DNA from: an uncultured bacterium
Lineage (GTDB): Bacteria; Patescibacteriota; Gracilibacteria; UBA1369; PNNO01
NCBI GenBank assembly: GCA_963704705.1
Contig: OY969931.1
Coordinates: forward strand, 900,001 to 932,000
Reading direction: 5' to 3'
DNA length: 32,000 nt
Shown here in pieces: positions 26,923 to 32,000 of the stretch (position 1 is its first letter; every line of letters begins with the position of its first letter). Position numbers and translations under genes: made by a program. The notes under the pieces were generated by a model. The model made no database searches. It worked only from the letters and a program-made list of their open reading frames with translations, and had not been told where the DNA came from.

Positions 26923-27877
26923 AAAGGCAGCACCAAAAGACAACACTAAAGCTGAATTCTACGAGTCTTTTTTAAGAGCATTGCATTTTAGTTTTTCAAA
27001 TATATGGAGAAATAAATTTATAAGCCTTGCGACAATTGTTGTTATGGCGATTTTGATTTTCATTTTCAATATAATGCTTGGAATTAATATGGTAACTCAG
27101 CAGGCATTAAGTGATCTTACAAAAAAAGTTGATATAATTGTTTATTTAAAAGAAGATGTTGAATACTATCAGGTACAGCAAATGATCAACGAATTAAAAG
27201 GTTTAAAAGGTATTGTTGATGTTCAATATACTTCAAAAACAGACGCACTTGATTTTGTTTCAAAAACTTATCCTCAAACAGCTGAAATTCTCGACAGATA
27301 TACAATCCCAAATCCCCTTCCGGCTAGTTTAAGCATAAGAACAGAAAAACCTGAACTCCATATAATGGTTCAGCAGTTCTTAAATCAGGAAAAATATCGA
27401 CATTTACTTGCAAATGTTGCAGGTGATAACGAAGAAAAAAATCTTGCCATGGAATCAGTAAGTAAAAACTTAATAACTTTATCGAATACGACTAATCAAA
27501 TCTCTTTTTGGATACTTGCAGTGTTTATTTTAGGATCTGTTTTAATTATTTCAAACTCGATTCAATTAACGATTTATAACAGACAGCGCGAAATTTATAT
27601 TATGCGTTTGGTTGGCGCAACAAAGCACTATATCAGATTGCCTTTTTTGATTGAAGGTTTATTTTACGGAATTATTTCAATGCTTTTGGGAAGTGTTTTA
27701 ATAGCGATAGTTTATTTTCAAATACTATCCGTTAATATTAATATAACTGATTATATTCAAAATATTCCTTTTGTTAGCTTATTCTTTAGTGAGCTTGGCG
27801 CAATTGCTGTTCTTGGAATTTTATGCAGTTTTATAGCGGTTTACAGGTATCTTCGAACTAAATTAATTTTAGATTGA
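26900..27877 (+). CDS. ftsX: Cell division permease-like protein FtsX
   Basis: N-terminal FSNIWRNKFISLATIVVMAILIF, an extracytoplasmic loop, then REIYIMRLVGATKHYIRLPFLIEG and three C-terminal TM helices. No ftsE lies adjacent. Confidence 0.8.
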   Translation: MPKKTKAKKAAPKDNTKAEFYESFLRALHFSFSNIWRNKFISLATIVVMAILIFIFNIMLGINMVTQQALSDLTKKVDIIVYLKEDVEYYQVQQMINELKGLKGIVDVQYTSKTDALDFVSKTYPQTAEILDRYTIPNPLPASLSIRTEKPELHIMVQQFLNQEKYRHLLANVAGDNEEKNLAMESVSKNLITLSNTTNQISFWILAVFILGSVLIISNSIQLTIYNRQREIYIMRLVGATKHYIRLPFLIEGLFYGIISMLLGSVLIAIVYFQILSVNINITDYIQNIPFVSLFFSELGAIAVLGILCSFIAVYRYLRTKLILD

Positions 27878-27879
27878 TC

Positions 27880-28497
27880 ATGCGAAGCCAAAAGATTAAA
27901 GGGATCATTATAAGCAAAAGATCCTTTGGTGAAAAAGATTACTCATTAACTATTTTAACGCCTGATTCAGGTAAAATTTTTGCAACTGTAAAAGGCGCGC
28001 GTGAAATAAAAAGCAAGTTTACAGGCCATGTTGATTTAATGAATGTCTGCGATTTTGAATTGTATGTGGGACCCAATTATACATATGTAAGCGAATGCCA
28101 GATCAATAAAAATTTTTCAAGCTTCAGTGATGATTTAAAAAAATTCTATTACGCTTCACTTGTTTCAAAAATATTAAATCGCTACACCACTGAAAATGAG
28201 ATCTCACATGAAATTTATGAACTTGCTTTAGACACATTTTTTTCAATTGAAAAATATAATAAAGAAGAATTGATTTATGAAGGTTTTAAAATCAAAGCCT
28301 GCCAAATACTCGGCTTAATGCCTGATATAAACGGAATAGAAAACATTGAACTGGAACATTTGAATCAAAATATCAAAGATATTATTTATTTTATGCACAC
28401 AAATAATTACGAAGAAATAAATAATCTCAAAGTTGATAAAAGTAATCTGGAAAAACTAAAACAAACAACTCAAAAAATGCTTGAACATACTTTTTAA
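27880..28497 (+). CDS. recO: DNA repair protein RecO
   Basis: The N-terminal OB-fold pattern KGIIISKRSFGEKDYSLTILTPDSGKIFATVKGAR and the ~205-aa size fit RecO. I prefer ATG 27880 to the track's TTG at 27874. Confidence 0.7.
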   Translation: MRSQKIKGIIISKRSFGEKDYSLTILTPDSGKIFATVKGAREIKSKFTGHVDLMNVCDFELYVGPNYTYVSECQINKNFSSFSDDLKKFYYASLVSKILNRYTTENEISHEIYELALDTFFSIEKYNKEELIYEGFKIKACQILGLMPDINGIENIELEHLNQNIKDIIYFMHTNNYEEINNLKVDKSNLEKLKQTTQKMLEHTF

Positions 28498-29744
28498 AGC
28501 CAGTTTGCTTCAATGTGGCGGCTGCTGTCACTTAATTTAAGGATTCTGCAGTCTTCTTTATGGATACTTAAAGAATTGCCCCTTGTAACATAAGCTTTAA
28601 TCGCGTTGTTTAACTTTGGTTTGCAGCATTGTGCCAGCCTTATTGGTAAACCTTTTTCATTTCCAACTGTTATCCTGCTTTCAATATTGCCCTTAAACTC
28701 AGCTTTTATCTTGGCACCCTTTGTTACTCTCCTCTTTTTTCCCAAAACTTCGTTATATGAATAGACTTTCCATACCAGTTGTGATGGAAGCAAGGTTCCG
28801 CTTCCAACCAGTCTTAGCAGTTCTTCACGTTTTTTATAATTTAACTCCTGACCCATATAATTTTTTAAAATTGTTAACTTTGGATCAAGCTGCGGCTTGC
28901 CAATTTCGCTTAATTTTTTATTAATTAAGTCTTTTCCGGTTTTAAAGTTTGTCTCCTGATCAAAACTATTATAAAAAGTTTTAATTTTAGTTTTTGCACC
29001 TGTTGTTTTAACAAAACTAAGCCATTCAAGTTTTGGTTTACTGTTTGATTTAGTAATAATTTCTACAACATCACCGTTATGCAGCTCATTATCCAAAGGA
29101 ATAATCTTACCGTTAACTTTAGCCATCACACATTTATTTCCAAGGTCTGTATGAACCGCAAATGCAAAATCAATAGGTGTTGAGCCGGCAGGCAAATCTT
29201 TAACATCACCCTGCGGTGTGAGAATAAAGATTCTGTCCTGAAAAATATCAACTTTTATCTCACTAATCATTTCATTTTCCTGGCTTATTTTAGCTAAATT
29301 TTTAATCCAGTCGATTTGAGACTGAACAATTTCATCTTTACCCTTTGTTTCTTTATAAAGCCAGTGCGAAGCAAAACCAAATTCAGCATCTTCATGCATA
29401 TTTTCACTTCTTATTTGAATTTCAACAGGTTCTTTAAATGAATGCGGAGCAATACCAACAACAGTTGTATGCAGACTTTTATATCCATTCGGTTTTGGGA
29501 ATCCGATATAATCCTTAAACCTTCCGGGAATCGGCTTCCATTTATTATGAATAAGCCCAATCAACTCATAAAGCTTTGAAACATTTTCATACGGTAAAAT
29601 AATCCTGATTGCAAAAATATCATGAATTTCTTCAATAGAAGTTTTACCTTTTTTCTTTAATTTTTTATAAATACTGAAAGCGTTTTTAAGTCTGCCCGAA
29701 ACATTGGCTTCAAAACCGTTTTCATTCAAATATTCTTTAACCAC
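28494..29744 (-). CDS. rel: RelA/SpoT-family (p)ppGpp synthetase, C-terminal segment (synthetase + TGS + Cys-rich zinc-finger domain), separated from its N-terminal domain by a frameshift
   Basis: GRLKNAFSIYKKL, DIFAIRIIL, FKDYIGFPKPNGYKSLHTTV and EIQIRSENMHEDAEFGFASHWLYKE mark the synthetase. IFILTPQGDVKDLPAGSTPIDFAFAVH marks TGS. LAQCCKP...SIHKEDC is the conserved Cys motif. No ACT/RRM domain. The track's start is a GTG. Confidence 0.85.
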   Translation of the reverse strand: MVKEYLNENGFEANVSGRLKNAFSIYKKLKKKGKTSIEEIHDIFAIRIILPYENVSKLYELIGLIHNKWKPIPGRFKDYIGFPKPNGYKSLHTTVVGIAPHSFKEPVEIQIRSENMHEDAEFGFASHWLYKETKGKDEIVQSQIDWIKNLAKISQENEMISEIKVDIFQDRIFILTPQGDVKDLPAGSTPIDFAFAVHTDLGNKCVMAKVNGKIIPLDNELHNGDVVEIITKSNSKPKLEWLSFVKTTGAKTKIKTFYNSFDQETNFKTGKDLINKKLSEIGKPQLDPKLTILKNYMGQELNYKKREELLRLVGSGTLLPSQLVWKVYSYNEVLGKKRRVTKGAKIKAEFKGNIESRITVGNEKGLPIRLAQCCKPKLNNAIKAYVTRGNSLSIHKEDCRILKLSDSSRHIEANWL

Positions 29745-29749
29745 GCGTG

Positions 29750-30394
29750 TTATTTCTTCAATAACATTCTTTTTTTCTTACCCAAAACTTTTAATTCTTC
29801 CTGAATATTTTTATATTCGTATTCTTTTAAATACTTAAAACATAAATCTTCAAGTATCGACCTTATTCTGTAAACTCCCAATCGTGCGGCAATTGGAACA
29901 TATATATCCATTGTCTCCTGCGCAATCAATTTTCTATCTTCTGTTGGCAATGATTCCAGGGTCTGCAGATTATGGAGCCTGTCAGCTAATTTAATTAAAA
30001 CAACACGTAAATCTTTTGCCATAACCAGCGATAATTTTCTCAAAGTTTCAAGTTCGTTCTGTTTTGCTTCTCTAATTACACTCATCTTTTCATATGCTGA
30101 AATCAAATTCCCGATATCTTTACCGAATTCTTTTGCAACATCAGCTGATTTTACACCTGTATAACTGTGCAATTCATGCAGCAAAGCAGCAATTATCGTA
30201 TCTTCATCAACCTTTTGGGTAGTTAAAATCTTCGCGGTTTCAGTTGCGTGGGATAATACGCTTCCGCCAGAACGTCTTTCGTGTCCTTCATATTTTTTCT
30301 TAGCATAATTATAAGCCTGCTCTAACCGTTTTTCGTTCAAACCGCCATTATATTCTTTAATCCTTTTTATTAATGATTTTAATTCTTTATCCAC
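29750..30394 (-). CDS. rel: RelA/SpoT-family N-terminal HD (hydrolase-like) domain segment, with degenerate catalytic motifs
   Basis: RRSGGSVLSHATETAKIL, AALLHELHSYTG, VMAKDLRVVLIKLADRLHNLQTL and DIYVPIAARLG are colinear with the Rel hydrolase domain. It ends 6 nt before the next segment, in another frame. The start is a GTG. Confidence 0.8.
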   Translation of the reverse strand: MDKELKSLIKRIKEYNGGLNEKRLEQAYNYAKKKYEGHERRSGGSVLSHATETAKILTTQKVDEDTIIAALLHELHSYTGVKSADVAKEFGKDIGNLISAYEKMSVIREAKQNELETLRKLSLVMAKDLRVVLIKLADRLHNLQTLESLPTEDRKLIAQETMDIYVPIAARLGVYRIRSILEDLCFKYLKEYEYKNIQEELKVLGKKKRMLLKK

Positions 30395-30450
30395 AAAGAG
30401 AAGCTTAGAGATTAGCTAGGATTTTAAATCATAACCTATTTTATTGCAAT

Positions 30451-32000
30451 CTACAAATCCCCTTCCTGAATAATAAGTTTCAGATCTGAACCTTTTATAT
30501 CAACAACTTTTATTCCGCTTATCAAAGCGCTTTTATTCAATTCTATATCTTTAATTCGTGCATCCATATTGGCAATTGCAGTATCAAATAATTCTTTAAG
30601 TTTACTTAGCGCATTATACTGAGCTTTTAGATCAACCTGTTTTGTTGAAGCATTTATAAATTCCACCAATATTTTATTTGATTCCTGACTATTTAAATTA
30701 TCTGTTGCTGTGAAGAAATCTTTTTCCAATTGATTTTTTGTTGTAGTGGTTGCATCGAATAACACCTTCAATTTATCTCGTTTTGTACTAAGTTCGTCAT
30801 AATCATCTTTAGCCTGATCCAAAGCTACATTGAGTTCACTTAAATGAACCTGCAATGCCTGTGCTCTGTTGCTTGAATTATCCAAAAGCTGTTGGATATC
30901 AGTAGCAAAAGCATTCTGTAATTTTGTTAAAGTAGCCATATAACTGGCAATAATATCCACTTCACCGCCAATAATTTCAGGCAGTCCAATATTATAAACA
31001 GCCTGAATCGCAGAAGACGCTCTTTTAATTTTTGGAATAGTTTCCCCTGTAACCAATGCAGTTCCAACACCTTCTTCGTAATTATCCGCTTCGGTTTTAG
31101 TTTCGGTTTGTGTTTCAACAGGTTCTGTTTCATCTTTTGTAACAATTATTTCTTCCTGCACAGCGCCCTCACTCGGCGCACCGCCCTGGAACATCCCGAT
31201 AATTCTTTGAGGTAATTTAAAAAGGAAAATTCCTGCAATTAAAACTATAATTATACAGCCTCCAAGGGCATACTTTGTTATTATTTTAATTATTTCTTTC
31301 TTTTCAGCTGTTTCATCCGCCCCAAGTTCTTCTTCGTGACTTTCAACTGGTACGGGTTCAACAACTTCAGCCTGTTCTTCTTCAGGAATTTCTTCTGAAA
31401 CAGATTCAGTAGCAGAGGGTTGTTCCTGAATTTCTTCAGAAGGTGCTACCGGTGCAACCAAAGGAACACCATCTTTTGTTCCTTCGTAATCTTTTTTAAT
31501 AGCTTCTTTTAATTGATGCCATCCTACAGGCCCTTCCACAGGTACTTTAGGTATAGGCTCTGCTGATGTAATATCCTCTGGCAATTCAGATGGCGTAGTT
31601 GTTTCCGGTACTGGTTCCTGCGCATTATCATCCGAAGCAAGAAAGGCCTCTTCTTTTTCTTCTTCAGGCGGCTCGCTTGGCTCAGGCGGCTCGCTTGGCT
31701 CAGGCGGCTCGCTTGGCTCAAGTGGCTCGCTTGGCTCAGGTGGTTCAAATTGTGTTTCATCCACAAAAATATCTTCAAGATTTTCATCTTTAGGTTCTTC
31801 GGGCTTTGTAGTGTCCGGCTTTGTGGTTTCCGGCTTTGTAGAATGAGATTCTTGCGGCTTCTTTTTTGGCCTTCTTCTTCTTTTCTTTTTTGGCTGAGTT
31901 GGCTGAACCGGCTTATCCAAAGCCAAAGCATCTTCAGTTTTTTTATTTATTTGTTCTGCTGGATGTAGATTTCTTGGCTTTCTTTTTCTGTTTCGCGGCC
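30451..32000 (-). CDS. Single-pass membrane protein with a disordered Pro/Glu-rich repeat N-terminus and a coiled-coil C-terminal domain; 5' end probably outside the window
   Basis: The track starts it at a TTG (31926). My hand translation shows the frame has no stop up to position 32000 (...PRNRKRKPRNLHPAEQINKKTEDALALDKP...). It has a basic stretch KKKRRRRPKKK, (EPSEPP)n repeats, the TM helix YALGGCIIIVLIAGIFLF, and a 250-aa helical C-terminus. Confidence 0.6.
   Translation of the reverse strand, partial: PRNRKRKPRNLHPAEQINKKTEDALALDKPVQPTQPKKKRRRRPKKKPQESHSTKPETTKPDTTKPEEPKDENLEDIFVDETQFEPPEPSEPLEPSEPPEPSEPPEPSEPPEEEKEEAFLASDDNAQEPVPETTTPSELPEDITSAEPIPKVPVEGPVGWHQLKEAIKKDYEGTKDGVPLVAPVAPSEEIQEQPSATESVSEEIPEEEQAEVVEPVPVESHEEELGADETAEKKEIIKIITKYALGGCIIIVLIAGIFLFKLPQRIIGMFQGGAPSEGAVQEEIIVTKDETEPVETQTETKTEADNYEEGVGTALVTGETIPKIKRASSAIQAVYNIGLPEIIGGEVDIIASYMATLTKLQNAFATDIQQLLDNSSNRAQALQVHLSELNVALDQAKDDYDELSTKRDKLKVLFDATTTTKNQLEKDFFTATDNLNSQESNKILVEFINASTKQVDLKAQYNALSKLKELFDTAIANMDARIKDIELNKSALISGIKVVDIKGSDLKLIIQEGDL
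31671..31742. repeat. Four tandem copies of an 18-nt unit (gctcgcttggctcaggcg and variants), encoding EPSEPP repeats on the minus strand
   Basis: Units lie at 31671-31688, 31689-31706, 31707-31724 and 31725-31742. The first two are identical. The last two each differ from them at two positions (aagtg and aggtg in place of aggcg at the unit's 3' end). Confidence 0.9.

Noticed and set aside
31671-31742. The tandem 18-nt repeats as a possible CRISPR array or mini-array.
   Set aside because: The units are contiguous with no spacers, much shorter than CRISPR repeats, in frame within a coding sequence, and no cas genes are present.
31524-31931. A 135-aa minus-strand ORF with SQASRL repeats.
   Set aside because: It is the +1 frame of the same 18-nt tandem repeat. 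The EPSEPP frame belongs to a 490+-aa ORF with a TM helix and a long C-terminal domain, so it is the real one.

Overview
This is a low-GC, very compact bacterial window. Sigma-70, DnaG, a Mur ligase, GatCA, FtsX, RecO and Rel are all bacterial-type. Genes abut or overlap by a few nucleotides, and none of about 20 start codons I inspected has a Shine-Dalgarno sequence. Two enzymes, triose-phosphate isomerase and an FAD synthetase, are archaeal-type. I infer a reduced-genome, CPR/Patescibacteria-like organism, but this was not checked against any database. Positions 1-9358 hold a co-directional minus-strand housekeeping and envelope cluster: greA (partial), rpoD, dnaG, a WecA-like transferase, truB, a murE-like ligase, riboflavin kinase, an O-antigen-ligase-like protein, hpf and tpiA. 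Positions 9434-19166 hold the standout feature. It is a plus-strand three-gene block bounded by a promoter-like site and a terminator-like hairpin, and it encodes orphan proteins of 1850, 165 and 1164 aa. The first is a signal-less, Lys-rich giant with a central Gly-zipper or beta-strand-like membrane module. The second is a membrane-anchored protein with a cohesin-like pattern. The third is a Sec-secreted, acidic, Cys-rich giant. The first two proteins both end in Pro-Ser-Arg-His-COOH, written with different codons. I read this block as a candidate undescribed envelope or cell-contact system. The rest of the window carries holA, glnA, a TrmB-family regulator, an AT-rich islet of small membrane ORFs with a toxin remnant, gatCA, a RibL-like gene, ftsX, recO, and a Rel (RelA/SpoT-family) gene split by a frameshift at an A7 run. 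It ends with a repeat-bearing membrane protein whose frame runs off the right edge. I saw no rRNA, tRNA, CRISPR array, transposase or integrase. All calls rest on reading the provided translations and the DNA by eye, with no searches or computations.
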